A stretch of 36,444 bases of DNA from a virus (taxonomy: Duplodnaviria > Caudoviricetes): IMG/VR virus record IMGVR_UViG_3300048580_000754, positions 1-36,444 of that record; one strand, written 5' to 3'. Position 1 is the stretch's first letter, and every line of letters starts with the position of its first letter. Shown one piece after another: positions 26,431 through 35,467 of this stretch. The position numbers and the translations under genes were made by a program. The notes below the pieces were generated by a model that worked only from the letters and a program-made list of their open reading frames with translations, had not been told where the DNA came from and searched no databases.

Positions 26431-26540
26431 AACAGCGAAGGCGCGAAGGCGCGAAGCAGGGAAGCGGACAGGTTCTTTCCTGCTTTCCAGCTTTCCAGAT
26501 TGCTCCGTCGGCCCTTTGCGTCCTTCGCGGCTTCGCTGTT
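26431..26540. repeat. Inverted A pair enclosing one B repeat
   Basis: A 26431-26456, B 26477-26501, inverted A variant 26514-26540. Confidence 0.8.
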
Positions 26541-26558
26541 CATTTCTGGTTTCAGTAA

Positions 26559-26584
26559 GGGGCGGCCGGCGAACCGGCCGCCCC
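26559..26584 (-). terminator. GC hairpin after the capsid genes
   Basis: Perfect 11-bp stem with UUCG loop on the minus-strand transcript, 17 nt after the stop; weak U-tail. Confidence 0.65.
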
Positions 26585-26601
26585 GTGAGAGTTGCGGCAA
26601 C

Positions 26602-27168
26602 TTACCGGTTGGCTTTCTCCAACTGGTCGAGGTTGGCGATGGCCACCAGGAACCAGACTTCGCCCGAGGTCAGCACGGACAGGTTGGCGCCGGTGGCGGT
26701 GAACACGGCTTCCAGATCCCACGCCACGTTATGGCAGACGGGCTGGAGCTTGAGCACGCTGTTCAGCTTGGTGCGCAGCGACGCAATCACGGTGGATTCC
26801 TCCGCTCCGTAGGTGCCGTCCACCGTGTCGGTGGCCACGTCGGTGATTTCCACCGGGGTGGCGTCAATTTCCGTGGCGGCGCCGCAGATGCTGGTGTCCG
26901 CCTGGAAGGCGTCATCGTCATCGGTGCCGCTGGACAGGTTGTAACCAACCTTGACCACCAGCTCGGTGATGGATGGGCCGTCGAAGTCGGCGAGCAGGAC
27001 ATGGCCGACATAACGGAACGCCGTGTTGGCCGGCAGCGCGGCGATCAGGTCGAAGGTTCCGGCCGTGGACGCCGTGGCGGTCAGGTCGGTGTAAGGCACC
27101 TTGATGACGTGCGTGGCATTCAGCGCCAGCCGGGCTTCAATGGTGCTCAGGGGCAGAATAGTGGGCAT
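26602..27168 (-). CDS. Putative capsid decoration/cement protein
   Basis: Directly follows the MCP, before the hairpin; beta-rich and acidic. Confidence 0.55.
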   Translation of the reverse strand: MPTILPLSTIEARLALNATHVIKVPYTDLTATASTAGTFDLIAALPANTAFRYVGHVLLADFDGPSITELVVKVGYNLSSGTDDDDAFQADTSICGAATEIDATPVEITDVATDTVDGTYGAEESTVIASLRTKLNSVLKLQPVCHNVAWDLEAVFTATGANLSVLTSGEVWFLVAIANLDQLEKANR

Positions 27169-27204
27169 GTGATTGTCCTCGGTTCAGGTTAGTGTTGCCG
27201 GTGA

Positions 27205-28242
27205 TTACGAGGTCGCCTTGATCGCGAAGTTCGCCTTCGGATGCAGGCAGCGCAGGCCCACCAGGTTCTTGAATTCGGCGCTCCAGCCGCTGCCGTCGTA
27301 GGCGAGTTCCTTCTCGCTCTCGATGTTGCCGTCGAGGGCTTCCCAGGTGCTCATCTTCAGGCCGTAGCAGAAGCGGCTCATCTTGGCCGCCGTGCCGCCC
27401 AGCGCCGTGTGGGCGAGGAACAGGCTCGGGACCAGCTCCAGCTTGCCCCAGTCACCCTGGAAGGTGTCGATGGTCTGCCACAGCACGCGGGCCGCGAGGT
27501 CCGCGTTGTAGCTGTTGGTGGTGCGGTAGGCGTTGGTGCCGCTGGCAAACCCGGTGAGCGTGCTGATCTGCTGCTTGAACAGCCGGCCGCACAGGCCCAT
27601 GTAGGATTCGCCCAGCTTCACGCCGCCCCGTTCCCACGTCGCGCCCATCGCCCCGTTCAGCGTGTCCGCCGTGGTGCTGGACGTGGCCGTGGTCAGGATC
27701 TGCGAGCTGTTGGGCAACAGGTCCGCGCCCACGGAGTAACCGCTGGTGGCGATGCTCGTGGCGAGCCAGCCGCCGACGCCGCGCAGCTTGTTGGGCAACA
27801 CCGCGGTGCCCACCTGCACGTCCTGTTCGGACAGATAGAGGGCTTCAAGGCAGTAGTTGAGCTGGCGCAGCGCCTTCATGCGCGCATACGCCTTCTTGGA
27901 CTTGATGCCGGCTTGGTTCTGGATCTCCGCCAGCGGGCTCACGCCCTTGACGGTCCGGTTGAACTGGAGCCGGCCGGCGACCACGGTGTAGTCGCTCTGC
28001 GCGTTCTCCGCGGTGCCGGCGGGGTCGCCGTCAATCGTGGCAAGGTCCTGCACGGGTTCCTCCAGGTCGAACGGCCATTCGTCCACGAGGGACGAAGGGG
28101 TGCCGATCCCGGTCTTCTTCACGGTGCTGACGAACGGCGTTTCCTTGCCGTCGAGGATCAGCACCTTGTCGAGCAGCGCCCGGCGGTCGCCGGTCGTGCT
28201 GGTGGTATTTCCGCCAACTTGGGTGGCGAGTAGTTGTGGCAT
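27205..28242 (-). CDS. Major capsid protein (SU10/DUF5309-like)
   Basis: ETPFVS, EW..D, GDWGKLELVP..F and ELAYDG motifs; follows the scaffold gene. Confidence 0.85.
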   Translation of the reverse strand: MPQLLATQVGGNTTSTTGDRRALLDKVLILDGKETPFVSTVKKTGIGTPSSLVDEWPFDLEEPVQDLATIDGDPAGTAENAQSDYTVVAGRLQFNRTVKGVSPLAEIQNQAGIKSKKAYARMKALRQLNYCLEALYLSEQDVQVGTAVLPNKLRGVGGWLATSIATSGYSVGADLLPNSSQILTTATSSTTADTLNGAMGATWERGGVKLGESYMGLCGRLFKQQISTLTGFASGTNAYRTTNSYNADLAARVLWQTIDTFQGDWGKLELVPSLFLAHTALGGTAAKMSRFCYGLKMSTWEALDGNIESEKELAYDGSGWSAEFKNLVGLRCLHPKANFAIKATS

Positions 28243-28268
28243 GTGATGTGTCTCGGTCGTGCGCCGGG

Positions 28269-29429
28269 CTAGTAGTCCAGCGCCGCAAGCAGGGCTTTCT
28301 CACTGGGCTCCTGCTCAAACTGCTTCAGGGCAATCGCCTGTCGGGTCGCCGGCTGGCCGGTCGTGCGCGGGGCCGCCTTGGGGGCGGTCGCGCCCGGCCT
28401 TACGGCGGCGGGCTTGGCGGATGCGGACGCGGCGGGCTTGCGGCTGAGTTCCAGCCGGTGATCGAGTTCGGCGAGCGCCACGGCCACCTTGAGGCCGAGC
28501 GGATGCCGCTTGATCTCGGGCGTGCCCATGTATTGCGCGAACCGGTTCCACCGGGGATCGAGCTTCCGGCGCAACTGGGCCACCGTGGCGGTGTCCTCGT
28601 CGGCCGCGGCCTCGCGGAGCTGGTTCAACACCTCGGCGCTGGTCTGCACCCACGGCGCGACGGTCTCCACCTGCTGCTGGGCTTCCGCCCGCGCCGTGGT
28701 TTCCATCTGCTGCCGCCGTTGGGCTGCGGCCTGTTCGGCCGCCGTCAGCGTCGCCTTCGCTTCCGCCAGCTTGTCGCGCTGGTCGTCGGCGTAGTCGTTG
28801 AGCCATTCCCGCAGGCTTTCCTCGTCGGCCCCCACCCGGGGGTCCACCTTGCGGATTTGTTCCGCCACGGCGTCCGGGTTGGTCTTCAGCAGGGCCTTGA
28901 GGTCGCGGGCCGCCTTCAGTTCCGCGTCCGCCTTGGTGGCGCGTTCGCGGTGCGGTTTCAGCTCGGGGTCCTCTGGCGGTGCGGCGGGTTGGGCGTCCGG
29001 TTCCTTGGCTTGCGCCTTGGCTTCCAGGGCCTCCAGCCGTTCCTCCAGCGCCTTGCGCTTCGCAATCTCCTTGGCCAGCCGGCGGTAAGGCACCGTCTGC
29101 GGTGTCTCCTCGGCTCCGGGCTCCGCTTCCGTCTCCGCGTCTCCCGTCTCCGCGTCTCCCGCGTTGGCTTCCGGGTCCGTGTCCGTCCCTGAGTCAGTTT
29201 GAGCAGGCGCTTCGTGGGCTTCCGCCCCGCCTGCCTGATTTGAAAGATCGGTCGTGGTTTCCTCCGCGGCACTTACCGCGGCGGGGTCTCCAAACAGGCG
29301 GTCGATGTCCGCGATGAGGCTGGCCTCGACTTGCTGTTCGGATGGCTGCGTGGGCGCAAGTTGCGCTCCGGTCACCGGCGTTGACGCCTCGCGGGCGCCG
29401 GGGGCGGTGGCCCCGTTCGGTTCAGTCAT
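28269..29429 (-). CDS. Capsid scaffolding protein
   Basis: Acidic disordered N-terminus, VPYRRLAKEIAKRK coiled coil, Pro/Ala-rich tail; between portal and MCP. Confidence 0.75.
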   Translation of the reverse strand: MTEPNGATAPGAREASTPVTGAQLAPTQPSEQQVEASLIADIDRLFGDPAAVSAAEETTTDLSNQAGGAEAHEAPAQTDSGTDTDPEANAGDAETGDAETEAEPGAEETPQTVPYRRLAKEIAKRKALEERLEALEAKAQAKEPDAQPAAPPEDPELKPHRERATKADAELKAARDLKALLKTNPDAVAEQIRKVDPRVGADEESLREWLNDYADDQRDKLAEAKATLTAAEQAAAQRRQQMETTARAEAQQQVETVAPWVQTSAEVLNQLREAAADEDTATVAQLRRKLDPRWNRFAQYMGTPEIKRHPLGLKVAVALAELDHRLELSRKPAASASAKPAAVRPGATAPKAAPRTTGQPATRQAIALKQFEQEPSEKALLAALDY

Positions 29430-29616
29430 TTTGTTGGCTGCGGCGACAGGACCGCAGAATTCAGGCGTGAGGCATTCCGGGTGTAATGACACCCGCCGGT
29501 CACTCAACCGGCGGGTGCCGGAATGAAGCGGGGCCGCCAGACCGCGCTTGAGCCGGTTTCACCCGGCCCACTGCGCATAAAGCACGGTCGGGCGCCGCGG
29601 CCAATGGGGTGCCGGT

Positions 29617-29646
29617 CTTCGCCACCCTTCGCCACCCTTCGCCACC
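29617..29646. repeat. Tandem 10-mer CTTCGCCACC x3
   Basis: Three exact copies just after the stop at 29652. Confidence 0.85.
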
Positions 29647-29651
29647 CGAAG

Positions 29652-29891
29652 TTACCGAGGCGGTGGGGTGGGCTCGCCCTGGAGCCGTTGCAGCTCCTCG
29701 CCCAAATCATCCAGCGCCGTGAACGCGCCGGACTCAAACTCGCGGTCGCCGCTCGGCAATTTGCTCGGCGGCAGCTTGTGCCGCAGCAACGCCTCCGCCC
29801 GCCGCGCCCGGATCAGCATCAGCACCGCTGGCAAGGTCTGGTCGCCCGGCGGCAGGGACCGCAGGACCTTCTGCGCCTGCTCGAGGGTCAT
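29652..29891 (-). CDS. Small post-portal protein (Bbp19-like position)
   Basis: 79 aa helical protein, ATGA-coupled to the portal stop. Confidence 0.6.
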   Translation of the reverse strand: MTLEQAQKVLRSLPPGDQTLPAVLMLIRARRAEALLRHKLPPSKLPSGDREFESGAFTALDDLGEELQRLQGEPTPPPR

Positions 29892-32059
29892 TGTCCGCCC
29901 TCCATCGGTTGCACGCCCAGGCGGCCGACCACCTTGTTCTGCTGCTGCACGGCGCTCTGCTGCCGGTTCTGCGCCCAGTTCTGCATGGCCATGGCAAACC
30001 GGCCCTCGGGATTGCCCACCAGCTCTTTCTGGTAGAACGGATTCGCGCCGACGATCTGTTGGGCAAACCCAAGCTGCGCGGGCGCCGTCGGGTCGTTCTC
30101 GACGAGTCGCGGCGGATTGCCGAGGAACATGGCGGCGATGTCCGCGTTCACCTGTTCCTGCAACTTGGCGCTGGCGCTGGCGTCGCTCACCAGCAGCGAT
30201 TGCGCCAGCAACGGGTCCACCGCCATCAGCTTCATCCGCACCAGTTGCGTCTTGTCGATGACGCCGGCGGCGTCCTCGGGCACCACGAACTGCGAGATGG
30301 CCTGGAGCTTCTTGATGCTGAATTCCATGTCCTGGTCGCGCACGTCGGTCTGAAGAATGATCCCCGTCTCGCCCGCGATGACCGCGCCCGCCAGCTCGGG
30401 CTTGGGTGTGCCGGTCACGCCTTCCCATTCGGTCGGCGTCGTGTATTGCTGCATGAGCGCCCACATCTGCTGGAACACCTCGTTCCACAGGCTCAGGAAG
30501 TTCGACACCATGCGCTGCTGTTTCATCTGCACCCGGGCCGGCGCCGCGGTGGGTGTCATGCGGCCGAACCGCTGGTCGGCGATCTCCAGCTCCAGCCGGA
30601 TGATGCTTTCCGCCACGCCATCGTGGCCGGGCAATTCCATGAACCGCGGTTCCTCGCCCCGCAGTGTCGGGATGCGCGCCGCCGGGCCGAACACATCCTG
30701 TTCGTCCATCATGCGCGACGGCACCAACCGCGGGGGCAGGGTGGTGAGCGAGGTCCGGTCAATGAGCGAATCCTGCTGCACCTTGATGCTGCGTTGCTGC
30801 GGGAACGCCCGTTCCGGCACGCCGCGGCTCGCGGTCAGGCTGCGGCACCACCATTCCGCCGCGCTGCTGGCAAAGGGCATCTTGCCATGCTTGAAGTCGC
30901 ACAGGCCATGCCGGGCACACAGTTCCTTCTCGTTGTCCTCGGGGTCGTGCGTGAAGTGCGGCGAGAACACGGTCACGTAAACGCCCGGCACCCCATACTC
31001 GTCGAGCCGGGTGGTGTAGGCGGTGATGACTTCGACCAGGTTCACGCCGTCTTCGGTGTCGGCCACGTAATCGGTCTCATGCACGCGGGCGCGGCCCTTG
31101 TCGGCCTCGTCGGTCCACGTCGAGTATTTGCCCCGGCTCGCCCACGCCTGTTCGATCCATTCGTGGTCCCAGCCGTCGGTGTATTCCTTGGCCCGCAGTT
31201 CGTCCTCGGCCAGCCGTTCGCGCACGAACACCTGGCCGGTGGACGTGTCGCCCTGCTCGTCGGGCACAAACACGTCGCGCCACGGTTGCAGCGCCCGGAT
31301 CAGCGGTTGGTTCCGCATCAGCGCCGGCACGGCCAGCTCGATGGCTTCGCCGGCCCGCAGGGTTTTGACCAGCGCCTTGGCCTCGGTCATCGAAAGCTCG
31401 GGCATCCGTTCCAGTTCCATGCCGTCGAGTTCCGCGGCCACGCGCTGCGCATACACCTGCCGCAACAGTTCGGCCGACAGTTCGTCCTGCATCGGGTCCG
31501 CCACCAGCACGGCCAAGTCGGGCGCGAGGCTTGCGGCGTCGTTGAAGCTGAGCTTCACCTTGCGTTTGCCCAGCCGGCGGTCCCAGCCGACTTGCACCAC
31601 CACCCAGCCGTAGGTGCGCTGGTATTGCGCGGCCAGCTCCACCTCGCGTTGCAGCGATTCGTTGAGCTTGGTCCGCACCATCCAGTAAATCATGCGGCTC
31701 GCCACGGCGGCGGCGGCGGCGTCGCGCACCTGCGTGCCCTCGGCCTTCGTGAGCGAACGCCAGAAGGCGTTCACCAGGATGTCCACGTCGTCGGCGATGA
31801 TGTCGTCGGCCAGCAACACGCGCTGGTCACTGGCGCCCTCCCACGGCATTGCCTTGAAGTCGCCCGCACTGTGCTTGCGACAGTCGCGGGACTGGTTCTC
31901 CCACAGGGCGAACCGGATGCGTTCCGCGTCGTAAAGCCGGTTGAAGGCGCCGCCGCTGGGCGAGCACCGCTGGAAGGTCTGCGTGAGGTCCGCCAGCCGT
32001 GGCTGGTCGGGATCGAGCACCACGGAGGGTGACCCGTCATCGTGGTCGGTTGATGTCAT
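29888..32059 (-). CDS. Portal protein
   Basis: About 720 aa, PWEGASD motif, Q-rich C-terminal barrel; between terminase and scaffold (alternative ATG 32080). Confidence 0.85.
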   Translation of the reverse strand: MTSTDHDDGSPSVVLDPDQPRLADLTQTFQRCSPSGGAFNRLYDAERIRFALWENQSRDCRKHSAGDFKAMPWEGASDQRVLLADDIIADDVDILVNAFWRSLTKAEGTQVRDAAAAAVASRMIYWMVRTKLNESLQREVELAAQYQRTYGWVVVQVGWDRRLGKRKVKLSFNDAASLAPDLAVLVADPMQDELSAELLRQVYAQRVAAELDGMELERMPELSMTEAKALVKTLRAGEAIELAVPALMRNQPLIRALQPWRDVFVPDEQGDTSTGQVFVRERLAEDELRAKEYTDGWDHEWIEQAWASRGKYSTWTDEADKGRARVHETDYVADTEDGVNLVEVITAYTTRLDEYGVPGVYVTVFSPHFTHDPEDNEKELCARHGLCDFKHGKMPFASSAAEWWCRSLTASRGVPERAFPQQRSIKVQQDSLIDRTSLTTLPPRLVPSRMMDEQDVFGPAARIPTLRGEEPRFMELPGHDGVAESIIRLELEIADQRFGRMTPTAAPARVQMKQQRMVSNFLSLWNEVFQQMWALMQQYTTPTEWEGVTGTPKPELAGAVIAGETGIILQTDVRDQDMEFSIKKLQAISQFVVPEDAAGVIDKTQLVRMKLMAVDPLLAQSLLVSDASASAKLQEQVNADIAAMFLGNPPRLVENDPTAPAQLGFAQQIVGANPFYQKELVGNPEGRFAMAMQNWAQNRQQSAVQQQNKVVGRLGVQPMEGGQ

Positions 32060-32145
32060 GGCCTTGCGCTGCGCTGGCATCTGGCGGCCCCGACTCCGGC
32101 AAGGTCTGGCGGAAAGCTAAGGATTGATCGCCGAAAGGCAAGTTG

Positions 32146-32222
32146 AACAGCGAAGGCGCGAAGGCGCGAAGCGGGGAACGTCATGGCTTTGCCTTCCTTC
32201 GCGTCTTCGCGTCTTCGCTGTT
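32146..32222. repeat. Empty inverted pair of A repeats (hairpin)
   Basis: 32146-32171 and 32197-32222, 25-nt spacer. Confidence 0.85.
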
Positions 32223-32235
32223 AATCCCATGCCGG

Positions 32236-32442
32236 TCACTGCTGATACCCGCACAGTTCCCCCACATCCACCTTGCAATAGCGCACCCGTTTCCCGGTGC
32301 GCCCCACCTTCAGCGTCCGAAGCCGGCCCACGTCCACCAGCGCCCGGATGTCTGTTTTATACAGCCCCGTGAACCGGCACACCGTTTCCAACGGCACCCA
32401 CGCCGGCAACCCCATCCACGTCTTCCTGCTGATCTCGTCCAT
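32236..32442 (-). CDS. Excisionase/MerR-like winged-helix DNA-binding protein
   Basis: LETVCRFTGLYKTDIRALVDVGRL...RVRY pattern; may start at the coupled GTG at 32478. Confidence 0.6.
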   Translation of the reverse strand: MDEISRKTWMGLPAWVPLETVCRFTGLYKTDIRALVDVGRLRTLKVGRTGKRVRYCKVDVGELCGYQQ

Positions 32443-32474
32443 AGTGTCTTTGTGTTCTGCTCCTAGATGTTTGC

Positions 32475-33011
32475 TCACAAAACTACCAACCGCCCCGGAA
32501 GGCCGCTTGCCCGGATTGCCATTACATTCTCTGCCCCAAAAGCTATAAGGCAGCTTGGCGCCGGACTTGTGTTTCCGGGCTCGCCGGTGACGTGGTAAAA
32601 GGTAAGCCGGCCTTTGAAGAAGAAGACTGCGGTGGCCGCCTGCCATACGTAATCGTGAAACATGCGGGTCTCTGTGCGAGCAAAGGTAAGTGCGATTGCG
32701 TTTCCGTGGTCGTGACACCGCGCCAACCATTTGCAGGTCTCGTCGCCATACGGCGGATTGCACCAAACCCGGCCCTCCCACGGCTTCAACAACCCGTTGT
32801 CCTCGAAAGTGTAATGGCGGGCGGCCATTTCCCAGGGGCGAACCCGCGGTGCGCACGGGTCCAAATCAAATGATCCCAGCGCGCGGATTATTCCTGGCGG
32901 AGTAAGCCATTCATCCTTGCCTCGCTCCACCCGCTCAAAGTGGCCAAAGCCACCAATCTCCGGTGCCGCGTCAATCTGGCCGTTCAAAAGAAACTGCTGC
33001 CCTGTGCTCAT
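32475..33011 (-). CDS. Phage DNA N6-adenine methyltransferase (phage Dam family)
   Basis: DEWLTPP, FDLDPCA, VWCNPPY, ARTET and GRLTF motifs. Confidence 0.9.
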   Translation of the reverse strand: MSTGQQFLLNGQIDAAPEIGGFGHFERVERGKDEWLTPPGIIRALGSFDLDPCAPRVRPWEMAARHYTFEDNGLLKPWEGRVWCNPPYGDETCKWLARCHDHGNAIALTFARTETRMFHDYVWQAATAVFFFKGRLTFYHVTGEPGNTSPAPSCLIAFGAENVMAIRASGLPGRLVVL

Positions 33012-33038
33012 GTCTTCCTGCTTTCCTGCCTTTCAAAT

Positions 33039-34940
33039 TCAATAAGCGTAACCCGCCTTCGCCCGGAACATCCCCGGCGTGACATGCACCAGCTCGTCGT
33101 CCTGCGCCACGTAACGCACGAGGTCCGCCGGGTCCTTGCACGCGCCGTCCTCGCCGCCGCGCCCGGTGAAATTCTCGAACATCCACATCACCTGCTGCGC
33201 CGCGTCGCTCACGCAGAGCCTCGGTTCATTCACCACCGCGCACAGCGGCTGCTGCTCGTCGAAACTCAGCAGGTCATGCACGGCCGTCACGCCGTTGTCA
33301 TCGCCCCGGCCCGTGTAGGCGGGAATCAGGTCCACGCCCTCATGCACCTGGCCGCGCTCCTCCTGCTTCGCCGCGAACAGCTCGATCAGGTTCGTGCCGC
33401 CCTTCTCGGCCGCCTGCGGATTCATCGCCGCCCGCGGGTCAATCTTCCGCAGTTGGATCGGATACCGCACCACCACCCCCCGCTTCCGCACCTCCGCAAC
33501 TTCCTCCCGTCCCCACTTCATTCTGCCTTCTTCCTTCTTCATTCCGCCTTTGGCCATGGCCTCGTCCAACAACCGCCTCGCCATCGGGTCCTGCGCCTTC
33601 CATTCCCCGTCCGCGCCCAGCTCCAACGGAATCGTCTCCAGCTCCTTCAGCAGCCGTTTGTAGCGGGTCACGCCATAGCCCAGGTTCATCTGCGCCGGGC
33701 CCGCGTCGCCATCCCAGCCGTGCCGGGAATCCTGCGTCACCTTGCGTTCCGTCGGCACCGCCCACTCGCCGTAGGTCTGGCAGTCGGGCCAATCCTTCCA
33801 GATGAACAGCCGGCGCGGATTGCCCGGCGCCACGCGCACGTAGAGCAGGAACCAGTTGCGCGCCCCGGCCGGGTCGATGAACAGGTAGTTCGTCCCCTCC
33901 GCCGGCAGCTCGCGCTCGCGCACGACATGCACGTTGCGGTTGAACGTCGGGAACTGGAGCCCCATCACGTCCTTGGTGAACCCGTAGAAGATTCGCAGCA
34001 CGTAATCCCGCGGCTTGCCCTCAACCGCCCGCGCCACCTGCTGCCCGTAGGTCTCGCCGCCGCTGCCGAACACCGTCATGTCCGAGTGGAAGTAAACCAC
34101 CCGCGTGCGCTGGATGGCCCCGGCCTGCACCAGCGGCACGCGCCCCGGCCGGCACCCTTCGACCAGCACTTGGTTCTGCGGCAGGATCTTCGCCACCTTC
34201 GTCCGCAGAATCTTGCCCGTGCCCACCGCCTCCTTGATCGCCGGCGTGATGCCGTTGATCGGCGTGAAGCTCCACACGCCGTAGCCGGGCCGATACTCAC
34301 CGCGCCGCCGCAGCATGGTCAGCCACGGGATCGGCGCGTTCTCGTCGAGCCACCACGCCACGCCGTAACCCTCGCGGGCGCCGAACTCGAACCCCTCGAA
34401 CTCCGCCGGGTCGCCGCGATACGTGGCGAACAGCAGCTTCACCCCGCTCGGCAGCACCAGGATGCGGTCGGCGAACCCGTTCTTCGGATCGTAACCGATG
34501 CTGAACACGCGCCGCGGATCGCGCCGGCCGTTCAACGCCTTCAGGTCCGGCGGCAGGAAACGCCACACCAGTTGCTGCGCCGTCTCGATGCTGCTCCGCT
34601 CCGTCTCCGACCCCACGAGGAACCGGGCATCGCTGCCCGCGTCCTGCGACAGCATTTCCAGCACCAGATGATAGGCGCAGTAGAACGACTTGCCCGACCG
34701 ATTGCCCCCGAGCAACACCAGCAACTTGGGCCGATACCGCCGCACCACGCGCCGCGTGAGCTTCCACGACTTCATGGGCGGCAGGAACTGGAGCGGGTCC
34801 CGTTCCGCGTCCGCAATCGCCTGCCGGCGCCGGCTCAGGAAATCGCCCAGCCCCCGCTCCCCGTGATTCCGCAAGATCGCCCGCGCCTGCCGCTCCGTCG
34901 GCAACGCAAACAGCGGATGTTGTGGCTCCTGCTCAAACAT
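33039..34940 (-). CDS. terL: Terminase large subunit
   Basis: Walker A GGNRSGKS, Walker B WWLDE, coupling motif FTP, nuclease FIDPAG and KDPADLVRY. Confidence 0.92.
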   Translation of the reverse strand: MFEQEPQHPLFALPTERQARAILRNHGERGLGDFLSRRRQAIADAERDPLQFLPPMKSWKLTRRVVRRYRPKLLVLLGGNRSGKSFYCAYHLVLEMLSQDAGSDARFLVGSETERSSIETAQQLVWRFLPPDLKALNGRRDPRRVFSIGYDPKNGFADRILVLPSGVKLLFATYRGDPAEFEGFEFGAREGYGVAWWLDENAPIPWLTMLRRRGEYRPGYGVWSFTPINGITPAIKEAVGTGKILRTKVAKILPQNQVLVEGCRPGRVPLVQAGAIQRTRVVYFHSDMTVFGSGGETYGQQVARAVEGKPRDYVLRIFYGFTKDVMGLQFPTFNRNVHVVRERELPAEGTNYLFIDPAGARNWFLLYVRVAPGNPRRLFIWKDWPDCQTYGEWAVPTERKVTQDSRHGWDGDAGPAQMNLGYGVTRYKRLLKELETIPLELGADGEWKAQDPMARRLLDEAMAKGGMKKEEGRMKWGREEVAEVRKRGVVVRYPIQLRKIDPRAAMNPQAAEKGGTNLIELFAAKQEERGQVHEGVDLIPAYTGRGDDNGVTAVHDLLSFDEQQPLCAVVNEPRLCVSDAAQQVMWMFENFTGRGGEDGACKDPADLVRYVAQDDELVHVTPGMFRAKAGYAY

Positions 34941-34994
34941 GGTCAGGCAAATCGGGATGGAACAGCGGAGGCGCAAAGGCGCGAAGCGGGAACG

Positions 34995-35246
34995 TCACAG
35001 CTTGGCATGGTCCCATTCTTCAATCGCAACCACGTCTTCGGTGAATACGGATTCACGAAGGCGGAAGGCAATTTCATCCCCCGCCTCCACCAGCCGGCGG
35101 ATGCGCTTGTTGGCCGCGGCCAGATCGATTTCGAGTTGATCGGCGTGGTCCAGTGCCAGCTTCAATCCGTCTCCCGGATTCATGAAGTCTCCAATAGCGA
35201 TGGTTTGACGGATTCCATTCGTCCTCGGTGTTGGTGTGTCGCTCAT
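34995..35246 (-). CDS. Small hypothetical protein (cassette cargo)
   Basis: MSDTPTPRT start; shares LEIDLAAANKRIRRL with 35464..35703. Confidence 0.65.
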   Translation of the reverse strand: MSDTPTPRTNGIRQTIAIGDFMNPGDGLKLALDHADQLEIDLAAANKRIRRLVEAGDEIAFRLRESVFTEDVVAIEEWDHAKL

Positions 35247-35467
35247 TTCAACCTCCGTTCCGCGTCTTCGATCATCGCAACCAACTGTTTCGCGTTATCA
35301 AATGCCCAACGCTCGGTTTTGATCGTGAAGTATTTTCCAGCGCCTCCGTCGTGAGATTCGATTTCGATGTATTGGCCAATCGTGCTGTCGTCGCAGCAGT
35401 CGTTTTCCTGCCCATAGGTCAGTTGCCCGGCTTCCATGACCGGCTCTTTTTTTGGTGTGTCGCTCAT
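35243..35467 (-). CDS. Small hypothetical protein (74 aa, cassette cargo)
   Basis: ATGA-coupled on both sides; low GC. Confidence 0.65.
   Translation of the reverse strand: MSDTPKKEPVMEAGQLTYGQENDCCDDSTIGQYIEIESHDGGAGKYFTIKTERWAFDNAKQLVAMIEDAERRLK

Noticed and set aside
32236-32442. The phage excisionase
   Set aside because: The fold is compatible, but it lies far from int/attP in the packaging module, so the function is left unassigned
8360-35354. Long plus-strand ORFs such as 8360..11281, 13821..14582, 27241..28233, 29891..32032 and 32940..35354
   Set aside because: They are antisense shadows of real minus-strand genes, expected at high GC, with no recognisable motifs
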